Below are positions 1-8,734 of a stretch of 32,000 bases of DNA, piece after piece (position 1 is the stretch's first letter; every line of letters begins with the position of its first letter). Where the stretch lies: positions 31,402-63,401 of IMG/VR virus record IMGVR_UViG_3300033144_005525, one strand, 5' to 3'. Source of the DNA: a virus. The notes under the pieces are model-generated. The model was given only the letters and a program-made list of their open reading frames with translations, was not told the origin of the DNA and ran no database searches. The position numbers were made by a program, and so were the translations under genes.

Positions 1-133
1 CACCATCGGACAGGAAACGGATGTCGTCCCCGACGATGAACGCAATCTTGACCTCGGTCTTGCCGTTGCCATCGGTGTACTTAACGAGATAGGCAGGCGC
101 CGGCATGACGCTGACATCCTTGTGCGACTTCAT
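1..133 (-). CDS. hypothetical protein (N-terminal part, runs off window)
   Basis: ATG at 133 (MKSHKDVSVMPAPAYLVKYTDGNGK...). Open to the window edge and abuts the stop of the upstream minus gene. Confidence 0.4.
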   Translation of the reverse strand, partial: MKSHKDVSVMPAPAYLVKYTDGNGKTEVKIAFIVGDDIRFLSDG

Positions 134-134
134 T

Positions 135-410
135 TCACTCATTGGGTGTCCCATTATTTTGCTCCGTGTTGGGGGTAAACGTGAGGGGAGTTAGACCTGT
201 TGAACAGTCACATTTCCGCACAACATGGTCCTTGGTGATGTCTATCTGGTAGAGCACTGATTGGAAACACAGAGGACAAGAATGGTTGGGGTCACCTAGA
301 TCACGTAGCCGTGTGGCCGGGTGACTCATCGCCTGAGACTCCAACAGCAGATCTACCTTGTGTTCGATTCTCTGTAGTTGTTCGGCCAGTGCGCTGATGT
401 CTTTGTTCAT
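135..410 (-). CDS. hypothetical protein with Cys4 zinc-ribbon-like motif
   Basis: 91-aa ORF with CPLC...CDC motif. Start/stop overlaps with its neighbours suggest an operon. Confidence 0.5.
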   Translation of the reverse strand: MNKDISALAEQLQRIEHKVDLLLESQAMSHPATRLRDLGDPNHSCPLCFQSVLYQIDITKDHVVRKCDCSTGLTPLTFTPNTEQNNGTPNE

Positions 411-823
411 TGCTCCGTCACTTTGTAGATGGTCGCTCCTTGCGTACTGACCGCGAAGTGGATGAGGTGAATTCCGTGCATACTATCCACCTGTATGGAA
501 GAGATGATGGATCGATCCTCATCAGCAGAGCAGGGAGCTAGATCGATATCGGAGATGAGCCCTCCCACCAATAGCCTCTTCAGAGCTTCTGGAGAACAGC
601 AACGCTCCTCTGGGAACCCACGACCCATGCACGCTACATACAGAGCCTTCGCCGGCAGAGACTGCAGATCTAGTTCAGATGCTTCCTCGGCATCTATGAT
701 TTGAATCTCTTTGCTGCAGTCGATTCCCGGGCAGTTCATCTTCAACGACAGCAACCCTACGTCTGGGTCCGCTTTCGTTATCCTGAAGGCCATCCCACAG
801 GTGCATGAGTAGTGGACGAACAT
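407..823 (-). CDS. hypothetical protein
   Basis: 138-aa ORF tightly coupled to flanking minus-strand ORFs. Confidence 0.5.
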   Translation of the reverse strand: MFVHYSCTCGMAFRITKADPDVGLLSLKMNCPGIDCSKEIQIIDAEEASELDLQSLPAKALYVACMGRGFPEERCCSPEALKRLLVGGLISDIDLAPCSADEDRSIISSIQVDSMHGIHLIHFAVSTQGATIYKVTEQ

Positions 824-1149
824 CAGACCTGATCTACCCCGTCATCAGGATCTTCCGATTCAGTGACATCGTGATCCTCTGGTGGTTTTGAGTAGTCGTA
901 GAGATCCTGCTGCGGAGGCTCCTCCGATGAAAAGATCTCGGCCCCTTCTTCGTAGGCTACCTGCTCGCCAGCTAGCTGTTCTGGGTCTACTGCAGTGTTC
1001 TTCTGCTCAGAGGAGAAGTAGTCGATAGCTGTGGAGGCGGCTTCTTCTGATACAGGCAGACGAAGCCTCCCCTGATTGAAGACTAGGAAGAACTGAGATG
1101 TCCCTTCCGTGAAATCACTCTCTTGAGCAACGCCTGTCAGTATCATCAT
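823..1149 (-). CDS. acidic hypothetical protein
   Basis: 108-aa ORF, D/E-rich, with AAAGGTG upstream of the ATG. Confidence 0.5.
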   Translation of the reverse strand: MMILTGVAQESDFTEGTSQFFLVFNQGRLRLPVSEEAASTAIDYFSSEQKNTAVDPEQLAGEQVAYEEGAEIFSSEEPPQQDLYDYSKPPEDHDVTESEDPDDGVDQV

Positions 1150-1237
1150 GTGTTCACCTTTGGGGGAGCTGGAGCCGCTACGGCTCGTGCGGGACTCTTA
1201 GTAAGAGAGCGGAGAATCATGCAAACCTGTCCCCTAC

Positions 1238-1762
1238 TTACGAAGTCGTAGGCTGTGCAGGTGTCTGTGCAAACTCTTTCTGAATCAAGGAAGCAGCGGC
1301 TTGCTTTCTTACTCGATGCCTCGCCTCTTGTATTGCGTCCGTAGCTCCCAGAGGTTGAAGGCGTCCCGATCGAAGGAGTTCCGCTTTCTGGGACAGAGCT
1401 TCCTGCCCCTGAGACAGTTTCTGCTGCATCTTGACCTTGGTTAGGTCGACCATCGGAGTCACTCGTAGTGCCCCTCGACCTAGCTCTTGCTGCATCGCCT
1501 TCTTGAGTTCGGAGATCTCCACACTCTTCTGTCTCTTCTCGAATGGGAAGAAGGACTCCCTCAAGTCGTCGAACGCTTTTTCGATGGCCTTTCCTTCCGA
1601 TCCTTGTTGACTCATCAGAGCCTGAACAACTGATCGGCTCTTCTGGAATTCGATCTGTTGGCGCATCCTCCACAACACTAAAAAGAGGATTTCCATCGGG
1701 GAGCCTGGGTCTGGGACCCCTTGCATTCGGTCGAATAATATGTTGGCCCGCGCCCATCCCAA
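1238..1762 (-). CDS. hypothetical helical protein
   Basis: 174-aa ORF with protein-like composition. The overlapping frame 1146-1757 is R/S/G/P-rich and looks like an off-frame artefact. Confidence 0.5.
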   Translation of the reverse strand: MGWARANILFDRMQGVPDPGSPMEILFLVLWRMRQQIEFQKSRSVVQALMSQQGSEGKAIEKAFDDLRESFFPFEKRQKSVEISELKKAMQQELGRGALRVTPMVDLTKVKMQQKLSQGQEALSQKAELLRSGRLQPLGATDAIQEARHRVRKQAAASLIQKEFAQTPAQPTTS

Positions 1763-1770
1763 TGGAGTCC

Positions 1771-2787
1771 CTAGAAATCCTGAACCTTGTCGATAGCGAG
1801 CAGGGACTGAACTCGTTCGGTGAACCAGGTGAAGTTGGCCGACATGTCCGCGACGATCACCATCGGGTACTTCAGGATGATCTTGTACTTCACATCGAAC
1901 AGCTCTTTGTCAGGCACCCCATCCTTCAGGTGGGACGGCAAAGGCTTGCCATTCAGTGCGTAGAGGCCACAGCACAGACCCATAGACGCATACTTGTCCA
2001 TGATGTACTGAGAGGACCCGTCCTCAGTACTGATCTCTCTCTTGACGAACAGATCTTCTTCTCCCGACGGGGTGCGGAAGAGTGGACGGAACTTCGGAAG
2101 GATTGGAACTTCCTGTCGAAGCTCTCGGTTGATGATGAGGTCTTCGTAGTTCAGCTCATCCTTGATGTGCGCCTCGATTGCCAACCTTCGCTCTTTGTTG
2201 GATAGGATGTCTTTGGTGACTCGACCGAGCTCGTTGTAGTCGTACCCATCATCCGTATCTTCAGAGGTCTTATCGACTTCCGGGGTCTCCTCTTCCTTCG
2301 CATTGGCCTCAGCTACTTGCTCGAGCTGTTCGAGAGTCTCTGGACGCAGCCCGGCTCCTGCAGACCGCGGGGGATTGGCAGGTTGATCTCCTTGACCTGT
2401 GATCTCCATAGGAGGAGGAGCTGGTTGTGACGACGGAGACTGCACTCCTCTGGGCTGGTTGGCCATGTAGGCCCCACCCACTCCAGGGATGACCTGTCCT
2501 TGCTGTACTCCCTGGGCGTACTGCTCCGGGGACATCATTGTCTCGGCCCCAGATCGTGCTTGCTGTTGAGCTCCAGCCTGCTGGGAATGTGCTTGTTGCA
2601 CACCCAAGCCCCGATCCCTAGGAGCTCCAGTAGGAGGCTGATCGAGTCGTGGGATAGATGGCATCGGTACTCCCCCTACAGGGACGTCACCGGACTTGGC
2701 CATCGCGATTCTGTCCGCATATTCCCTAGCACCTGCAGGAGACAGGTCGGTCGGGTTGTTCGGATCACCTTTGCTCATCTGGTTCAT
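1771..2787 (-). CDS. hypothetical protein (Q/G/P-rich N-terminus, globular C-terminus)
   Basis: 338-aa ORF, the longest in this block. No family recognised. Confidence 0.6.
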   Translation of the reverse strand: MNQMSKGDPNNPTDLSPAGAREYADRIAMAKSGDVPVGGVPMPSIPRLDQPPTGAPRDRGLGVQQAHSQQAGAQQQARSGAETMMSPEQYAQGVQQGQVIPGVGGAYMANQPRGVQSPSSQPAPPPMEITGQGDQPANPPRSAGAGLRPETLEQLEQVAEANAKEEETPEVDKTSEDTDDGYDYNELGRVTKDILSNKERRLAIEAHIKDELNYEDLIINRELRQEVPILPKFRPLFRTPSGEEDLFVKREISTEDGSSQYIMDKYASMGLCCGLYALNGKPLPSHLKDGVPDKELFDVKYKIILKYPMVIVADMSANFTWFTERVQSLLAIDKVQDF

Positions 2788-2798
2788 TCTCCCAATCG

Positions 2799-3149
2799 TT
2801 ATTCGTTGTCGCCTGGATCGAAGTTCTTACTTGGGTCCCGATGCGGGGCTCCTGTGAACTGAGTGTGGGGCAAGTCGTCGTACCCAGGATCAACTCCTGG
2901 GATGACGGGAGGCTCCGAGAAGTCCGCTATCTGTACCCCGATACCACCGGACCAGGTCTGGTTACAGACCTTCCCGGTCTTTGGGTCGGCCTTCAGACAG
3001 ATCCTCTTCAGACCCCATTGACCGGCCTTGGCCGTAATCGAGCCATCCATTCCGGTGTTGCCACACTTGGGGCACTTGATGATGGGAGAGACATCCTGTG
3101 CCTCGTCCCACGGGAATGAGATGTTGTCGGGTTTGTCTCTACTAGACAT
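2799..3149 (-). CDS. zinc-ribbon protein
   Basis: 116-aa ORF with CPKCGN...C...C motif. Confidence 0.55.
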   Translation of the reverse strand: MSSRDKPDNISFPWDEAQDVSPIIKCPKCGNTGMDGSITAKAGQWGLKRICLKADPKTGKVCNQTWSGGIGVQIADFSEPPVIPGVDPGYDDLPHTQFTGAPHRDPSKNFDPGDNE

Positions 3150-3603
3150 CGAGACAGACCTCTCGGTATTTCAAAACCAACGCGCACGCACTCAAGAATT
3201 CTTCCTCTGTCATATCGGTCTTCATCCGATTGATTCGATAACTGACCCATTGAAGATTGCCTATTTCCGGCAGTCCTCCACGAGTTCTAGGGACTATGTG
3301 ATCCAAACTCGCACATTCCCCAGGTATTAAGGCCTCTCCCGTGTATGCGCAACGCCCTCTCTGTTTTTTCCACAGAGCTTCTAGCGCCGGTCCGGCGGAA
3401 CGAGTGCCCAAATGATCACTGGCTCTCGCTGCAAACCAACACTCTAGGCACAACGATTTAACTACGGGAGGGGACTCACAACGAGGACATAGGTCCGCCT
3501 CACGACGGTCGCGGTACCGATTAGGACCTCGGAAGATATAGGCCCTCTTAGGCTTCTTTTCGTAGGTCCTGACTCCTACTGCTCGTGGGCTCCAGACAGG
3601 CAA
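3142..3603 (-). CDS. HNH endonuclease
   Basis: SLDHIVPRTRGG...NLQWVSYRINRMK is an HNH core (H-N-N). Cys pairs lie upstream. Confidence 0.75.
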   Translation of the reverse strand: MPVWSPRAVGVRTYEKKPKRAYIFRGPNRYRDRREADLCPRCESPPVVKSLCLECWFAARASDHLGTRSAGPALEALWKKQRGRCAYTGEALIPGECASLDHIVPRTRGGLPEIGNLQWVSYRINRMKTDMTEEEFLSACALVLKYREVCLDV

Positions 3604-3629
3604 CGTCTGTACAACGTATGTACAAAAAA

Positions 3630-3932
3630 CTAAGTTGTCAACCCCGAACAGAGATCTCGGGTGAGGCCTCGATGCGTTTCCACCCGTACGTTGGCTCCAG
3701 CTACGATCTCCTTGGAGAGAGTCATGAACACCAACTTACTGATCGTGTCCTCCTCCATTGACCTGAGGCAGCCGACCCAGACATCGAATGTGGGTCGCTC
3801 CTCTGCAACAGTGGAAGAAACAGACACCCCGACGAACAAGATCCCAGAGCTCTTATTCAGCCCGAGGAGCTTCCTCTCAATCCCCCTGGCTATCTCGGCA
3901 TGTTCCGGTTTGACAAATGGGATCAGGCCCAT
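3630..3932 (-). CDS. hypothetical protein
   Basis: 100-aa ORF with an ATG start. Confidence 0.45.
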   Translation of the reverse strand: MGLIPFVKPEHAEIARGIERKLLGLNKSSGILFVGVSVSSTVAEERPTFDVWVGCLRSMEEDTISKLVFMTLSKEIVAGANVRVETHRGLTRDLCSGLTT

Positions 3933-3994
3933 TCGGCCGATACTAGCACCGATTCATCGGGATAAGGGTTAGCGAACATTTGCACGGAGGATGA

Positions 3995-4132
3995 ATGAGC
4001 AAGCTACTTCTGCCAGGTGAACGAAGAAAACAGAAAATAAGAACGAGCTGTGCCGTAATAGCTATCCCCTTAGCCATCGGCTTCGTTCTAGGATTCTTTA
4101 CGTGTCTGGGGACAATGGCTCTACTACTCTGA
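3995..4132 (+). CDS. small membrane protein (45 aa)
   Basis: GGAGG lies 4 nt before the ATG. Basic N-terminus followed by one hydrophobic helix (AVIAIPLAIGFVLGFF). Below the ORF-track size cut-off. Confidence 0.35.
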   Translation: MSKLLLPGERRKQKIRTSCAVIAIPLAIGFVLGFFTCLGTMALLL

Positions 4133-4155
4133 GGAATCACCGACGGCGTCGGAAG

Positions 4156-4569
4156 ATGCCTCGTGCCATCACTGAGTCCCCAAAGGACATCAGAAAGAAT
4201 CTACGCAAGAACGACGAACTGCAGTCCGGTATAGATATCCCGGACAGCGTATTCAAAAGTCGTCCGAGCATCTGGGGAGATTGCAAGAACGCCAAGCGAC
4301 CTTGCCCTTGGGTAGGGTGCAAGCACCATTTGTACCTGGACGTGAATCCAGAGACAGGTGCTATCAAAATCAACTTTCCAGGACTCGAGCCGTGGGAACT
4401 GGGTGAGACCTGCTCCCTAGATGTATCCGAAGACAGGGAGAGCACCCTGGATGAGATCGGGAACCTGATGAACCTCAGTAGGGAGAGGATCCGTCAAATC
4501 GAGACCATCATCTCCAAGAAGCTGAGGCCCCACTTCAAGCAGAAGGGCATCACACCTTCCAGAAGCTAG
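4156..4569 (+). CDS. sigma-70 region-4-like HTH DNA-binding protein
   Basis: C-terminal TLDEIGNLMNLSRERIRQIETIISKKLR matches the sigma70 region 4.2 pattern. ATG at 4156 preferred over the upstream GTG at 4102. Confidence 0.65.
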   Translation: MPRAITESPKDIRKNLRKNDELQSGIDIPDSVFKSRPSIWGDCKNAKRPCPWVGCKHHLYLDVNPETGAIKINFPGLEPWELGETCSLDVSEDRESTLDEIGNLMNLSRERIRQIETIISKKLRPHFKQKGITPSRS

Positions 4570-5057
4570 TCGATCAGTCTGTCTACAACGAACCCGGCCA
4601 GTACTGACGTCGACACCGCGGCCACCGTCCAGGCCAGTGGAGATCCCCAACGAGGTTTCACTCTCTCGATCTGGTATTTCTTGTCCAGATCAATGAGATC
4701 GTTGGTGAGTTGGGTGTTGCGATTCACCAAAAGCGTTTGGTTGGAAGCATAGACAGAGGCCTGCTCTCTGAAGCTATTTACCTGCAGTTCCAATGCTGCA
4801 GTACGCTTCTTCTCCTCGACCAACAGAATCCTAATGGAATAGAGCTCGGCATCCGCCTCGAGGACCAATCCCCATTCAGTGAGTGTGAAGGCACAGACCT
4901 TCTCACCCGTTATGGTCGTGATGTCCTTACCGTTGGGACCCTTAGGAATTTTGCACTGAGGGACGATTCGAGGTGTGTATGCTGGCTCTAGGTCGTCAGC
5001 GTATGCCGGCGTCACGCCAAGAGCGAATACTACGGATAGCACGCAAATCAGCCTCAT
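4566..5057 (-). CDS. secreted / C-terminally anchored coiled-coil protein
   Basis: GGAGG SD before the ATG at 5057. Signal peptide MRLICVLSVVFALGVTPAYA and a C-terminal TM segment. Overlaps the upstream gene out of frame. Confidence 0.45.
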   Translation of the reverse strand: MRLICVLSVVFALGVTPAYADDLEPAYTPRIVPQCKIPKGPNGKDITTITGEKVCAFTLTEWGLVLEADAELYSIRILLVEEKKRTAALELQVNSFREQASVYASNQTLLVNRNTQLTNDLIDLDKKYQIERVKPRWGSPLAWTVAAVSTSVLAGFVVDRLID

Positions 5058-5451
5058 AACGCCCCTCCTCTGCCCGGATGTCAGCATCGACGATGCGGAT
5101 CTTCTCATCCTCTACCTCAATGGCCTTCTCTAGCTCAGCGATCTCTTCGTCACCTTCTTTGACCTTGAGATCAACCTTGGCCTGGTCGGCAAGGATCTTG
5201 GTCTTGTTCTTCTCATGACGAAGCTTGGCAAGCTCACGGCCGCGGCGGAAAGAGATCCAAGACCAGATAGCGATGCCTACTAGAACAACAGCAAGGATGA
5301 TGAGGGCACTTACCCAAGACTTTGCTGAGCCGCCCCCACCATCCGTTGCAGGTGGTCCCTTGTTGCCCTCGACGATTCTCTTGAGCTGGCTGAGCAGATC
5401 AGAGGGATCGAATGAAGGCTTGGTAACCTTCTTGTCCGAGGTGTCTGACAT
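4996..5451 (-). CDS. N-terminal TM + coiled-coil protein (i-spanin-like architecture)
   Basis: TM segment ALIILAVVLVGIAIWSWI followed by a charged heptad-like region. Confidence 0.5.
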   Translation of the reverse strand: MSDTSDKKVTKPSFDPSDLLSQLKRIVEGNKGPPATDGGGGSAKSWVSALIILAVVLVGIAIWSWISFRRGRELAKLRHEKNKTKILADQAKVDLKVKEGDEEIAELEKAIEVEDEKIRIVDADIRAEEGRYEADLRAIRSIRSWRDAGIR

Positions 5452-6051
5452 CTAGACCGAGTCCGTACGCTCCACGAACAGATGGCTCTCGATCAGGCCG
5501 ATGAGTTTCTCTCGACCCATTTCGGGTAGCTTGAAGACCCGGCCCATCTCGACAGCCCAATCGACAGCCACTTCGAGCACATCTGGACCAGGGACCTTCA
5601 CCCCTTCCGTGGCAGTCTTGGCCTTGTTCCTAGCCCATTCAGCTCCACGGTTGGCTGCCTTTTCGGCGAGCTTCGACCAGGCATTGATTTGTGCGTCACT
5701 CACGTTCAGATGGAACTTCTTGCGGACCCAATTGAGTACCCAGGCGACCAGCAATCCTATTAGTGTGAGGAGAGCGGGTACGAGGATATTCATGACCTCC
5801 GTGGTCAGCTTCGACAGGGCCGTGGGAGGCACACTTGCCTTAGCTTCTTCAACCACCACTACTGCAGGTGTCGGTTCCGCTACTGCAGGCGCCTCGACAA
5901 CCGGGGCCGGTGCTACCGCTTCTGCTGATGTGGTGTCGATCACAGGATCCGCTGTAACCGGATCATCCTGTCCGTAGGCAGGGGAACTCCACAGGGCTGC
6001 GATGAGGCTGAGTCCGCAGACCAGCTTCACGAATTTGTATTTACGAACCAT
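5452..6051 (-). CDS. membrane protein (signal peptide + TM)
   Basis: GAAGGAG SD. Signal-like N-terminus, A/P/V-rich linker and TM segment ILVPALLTLIGLLVAWVL. Confidence 0.5.
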   Translation of the reverse strand: MVRKYKFVKLVCGLSLIAALWSSPAYGQDDPVTADPVIDTTSAEAVAPAPVVEAPAVAEPTPAVVVVEEAKASVPPTALSKLTTEVMNILVPALLTLIGLLVAWVLNWVRKKFHLNVSDAQINAWSKLAEKAANRGAEWARNKAKTATEGVKVPGPDVLEVAVDWAVEMGRVFKLPEMGREKLIGLIESHLFVERTDSV

Positions 6052-6934
6052 CAGTTTCTCCTTCGTATCGGTCTTTCAGATCCTTGATGAACTCCAACAC
6101 ATGGAGAAACGCGGGATCGGTCACGTTCCCCTTACGGGCCTTAGTCTCGTAGCTTTTCAACTTTGCTGCAACCCATACCGAGATAGGCATCATCCAGTAG
6201 TAATCAGAGCCAGTGAACTTCTTGATCTTCCTATCGATCTCCGTGCGGCCATACAGAGCTATCTCAAAGGTGATGCTCGCCCCGTATCCTCTGTGCTCTG
6301 CCCAATACCTACCTGGAGCTGGGAGAGGTAACAAGAACACCAAGGCTCCTACCAACCACAAAGCTCCCCACCCATCTAACCAGATCGATAGCCCAACAGC
6401 TGTCAGAATAGACAAGACCAACAGTGGAAAGCCAGTCACCTTCCTGAGCTTGAAACTGATGGCTACTGCTGTGGAATATACGGCTGCCCATCCAAGAGGG
6501 AGGAGGGCTGCCCAGCACCCAAAGATTCCATAAGCAACCAAGGACATGACAAAGAGGGGGATGGTCGAAAGATACAGAAGGGCGAACAAGGGGAAGGTGA
6601 GTCTCTTGGCGTCGTCGGCATGGATGAACTCGTGCCCTGTTATCTCGATGGCGTTAATGGGCCTTCTCTTGATCATGCCTTTTGGGAAGAAGACCGATCC
6701 GATGAGTGTCGTGACGTAGTTGTCCATGAACAGCTTGTTGAACGGGTAGACGATTCCGTCTATCAGGTTCATCAGGTAGCTGTCCCGCTTCCCGTCATGG
6801 ACTGTGAAGTTCGGAACCTTCTTCTGACAGTGTCCGACTAGTTTATAGAGATCATCCTCGGTCGCTCTGAGTACCGTCATAGCTAAAGGATATGTCTCGA
6901 TACGAGGACGGTCAAATCCCTCTGAAATCGACAC
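6041..6934 (-). CDS. polytopic membrane protein with HExxH motif (putative metalloprotease)
   Basis: GHEFIHADD motif plus at least 4 hydrophobic helices. GTG start. Confidence 0.5.
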   Translation of the reverse strand: MSISEGFDRPRIETYPLAMTVLRATEDDLYKLVGHCQKKVPNFTVHDGKRDSYLMNLIDGIVYPFNKLFMDNYVTTLIGSVFFPKGMIKRRPINAIEITGHEFIHADDAKRLTFPLFALLYLSTIPLFVMSLVAYGIFGCWAALLPLGWAAVYSTAVAISFKLRKVTGFPLLVLSILTAVGLSIWLDGWGALWLVGALVFLLPLPAPGRYWAEHRGYGASITFEIALYGRTEIDRKIKKFTGSDYYWMMPISVWVAAKLKSYETKARKGNVTDPAFLHVLEFIKDLKDRYEGETDGS

Positions 6935-6992
6935 ACTACTAGAGGGATAAGCAGTATGTAGCTAAGCGCTTTAGCACAGAAAGGAAACAACA

Positions 6993-7646
6993 ATGAGCAA
7001 AGCCGCTCGGTCGCCCACACTCAATCGAAAAAGGTCGTACTTGGTTGCCGACCACGTGGTGGAGCAGATGCGCAAGCGCTACACACGGGACAGCATTAGC
7101 CATCGAGACGGGACGGACCTAAAGAACCTTGTAGATGTCGCCGTCGTGGAGGCCGTAAAGAACGGAGATTGCAAATACATCACAGACGAGGATGAGGAGT
7201 CTCAGATCGTATGCCTCAGCAAAGCCCTCTCCGACGATCTGTGGGCTCTGGTGAAGAAAAACACGGACCCCAGGTACCCGATGTTCGAAGAAGCCGTGGT
7301 CACCCTACTCAAGAATGAACAGGTGGAAAGAAGTATGGCATCAGGAAAGTTCTCCGAGAGGACGGGCGGCAACTTCGCTATGTCTCCTGAAAACGTCGAT
7401 CGTCTCAAGTCCATCACTCCATCTTCTCCAAAGGAAGCTGTGGAGAAGCCGTCCACATCCAGTGATGTCTGGTTCGTCCACTACTCCACGAAGTCTGGAA
7501 ACTCTCAAATACCAGAAGAGTATGTAGACCTGGAGAAAGCTCTGGACAGGATGGACGACCTCAGCAGTCAGCAGAAAACAGTACCCGGAACTGTCCGACT
7601 ATCTAAGTCGATCAACACTCGTAGACGTTTCACAATCCAAGACTAA
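6993..7646 (+). CDS. hypothetical protein
   Basis: 217-aa ORF with AAAGGAAAC before the ATG. Confidence 0.55.
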   Translation: MSKAARSPTLNRKRSYLVADHVVEQMRKRYTRDSISHRDGTDLKNLVDVAVVEAVKNGDCKYITDEDEESQIVCLSKALSDDLWALVKKNTDPRYPMFEEAVVTLLKNEQVERSMASGKFSERTGGNFAMSPENVDRLKSITPSSPKEAVEKPSTSSDVWFVHYSTKSGNSQIPEEYVDLEKALDRMDDLSSQQKTVPGTVRLSKSINTRRRFTIQD

Positions 7647-7656
7647 GAGGAAAACC

Positions 7657-8508
7657 ATGTACGAAGCGAAGATCTTGGCAGATTCTATCAACCCTGCCGA
7701 CGACAGGATCACGACGTTCGAGCTGACCTATCCACGGATGGTTCATGCGGAGCTGATGACGCATCGCATGTTCTCTCGGAACAGCGCCAGCTCGAGGGCC
7801 ATTCCTACCAAGAAGCTCATGCGGCTGATCAAGGAGCATCCAGTCATGCCCAAGTGGTGGGGCAAGAACCAATCCGGGATGCAGGCCCGCGAGGAGCTGC
7901 AAGGAGAACAGCTTGAGCTGGTCAAGAAGCTCTGGCTGAAGGGTCGAGACCAGGCCCTCGAACTTGCGGAGGAGTTGAGGGCAGCAGGTCTGCACAAGCA
8001 GATCGCCAACAGGCCACTGGAAGCCTGGATGTTCATCACGGTCATCGTGACCTCGACTGAGTATGACAACTGGTATCACCTCCGGGACGACCCGGAAGCT
8101 CAGCCGGAGATCGCCTGGGTGGCTGGAGAGATGAGCAGGATCATCAAACTCAGCACCCCGAAGTTCAAAGGTGTAGGGGAGTGGCACCTGCCTCTGGTCG
8201 AGACAGAAGACAAAGACCACCCACTGTTCGTCGATCCGAACGAGCCTGAGATCAAGGGGGACCCTCTCGGGTTGGCGAAGATATGCACCGCCCGCTGCGC
8301 TCGGGTGTCCTTCCTCACCCACGATGGGGAGAGGGAGCTACTCAAGGACCTCGAGCTGCATAACAAGCTCACGAACAATGGACACTGGAGCCCCTTCGAG
8401 CACGCTGCTGAGGCCAACAGTGACTCCACACGCTTCGGCAACTTCTTCGGATGGAGGCAGTACCGAAAGCTCTTCAAGCGCGAGCACATAGGTCGGAGGC
8501 TTCTGTGA
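7657..8508 (+). CDS. thyX: flavin-dependent thymidylate synthase ThyX
   Basis: ThyX signature-like THRMFSRNSASSRA (RHRxxSxxxxSxR), plus the C-terminal HWSPFEH region. Confidence 0.85.
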   Translation: MYEAKILADSINPADDRITTFELTYPRMVHAELMTHRMFSRNSASSRAIPTKKLMRLIKEHPVMPKWWGKNQSGMQAREELQGEQLELVKKLWLKGRDQALELAEELRAAGLHKQIANRPLEAWMFITVIVTSTEYDNWYHLRDDPEAQPEIAWVAGEMSRIIKLSTPKFKGVGEWHLPLVETEDKDHPLFVDPNEPEIKGDPLGLAKICTARCARVSFLTHDGERELLKDLELHNKLTNNGHWSPFEHAAEANSDSTRFGNFFGWRQYRKLFKREHIGRRLL

Positions 8509-8678
8509 GGCCGAGGCTGGAGAAACTCTTAGGTCGATCGGAGCCATTCCTTTTGGGGCTTTTTGCCGCCGTGATCGTGCTTCTGATTGCATTAGCCTTT
8601 TACGGCAGTCACGTGCGGAACGAAAGAGACATCGAGAACCGCAAGTGTTGCGAAGCAGCAAAGAGGTGCAATCTGTGA
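8505..8678 (+). CDS. small membrane protein (57 aa)
   Basis: GTG overlaps the thyX stop (GTGA). One TM segment, FLLGLFAAVIVLLIALAFY. Confidence 0.4.
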   Translation: MRPRLEKLLGRSEPFLLGLFAAVIVLLIALAFYGSHVRNERDIENRKCCEAAKRCNL

Positions 8679-8734
8679 AGATCAGGTCCCAACGGTTCGG
8701 GACCAATGACTTCCCGAGCCAATACGAGGTGGTG

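Noticed and set aside
1146-1757. 203-aa ORF overlapping 1238-1762 on the same strand.
   Set aside because: Its composition (R/S/G/P-rich, no hydrophobic core pattern) looks like an alternative frame of the real gene. The 1238-1762 frame has normal protein-like sequence.
7630-8322. 230-aa ORF antisense to thyX. Similar antisense ORFs occur at 1543-2205, 5501-5977 and 10435-10887.
   Set aside because: They lie opposite confidently identified or better-supported genes, and their composition is low-complexity.
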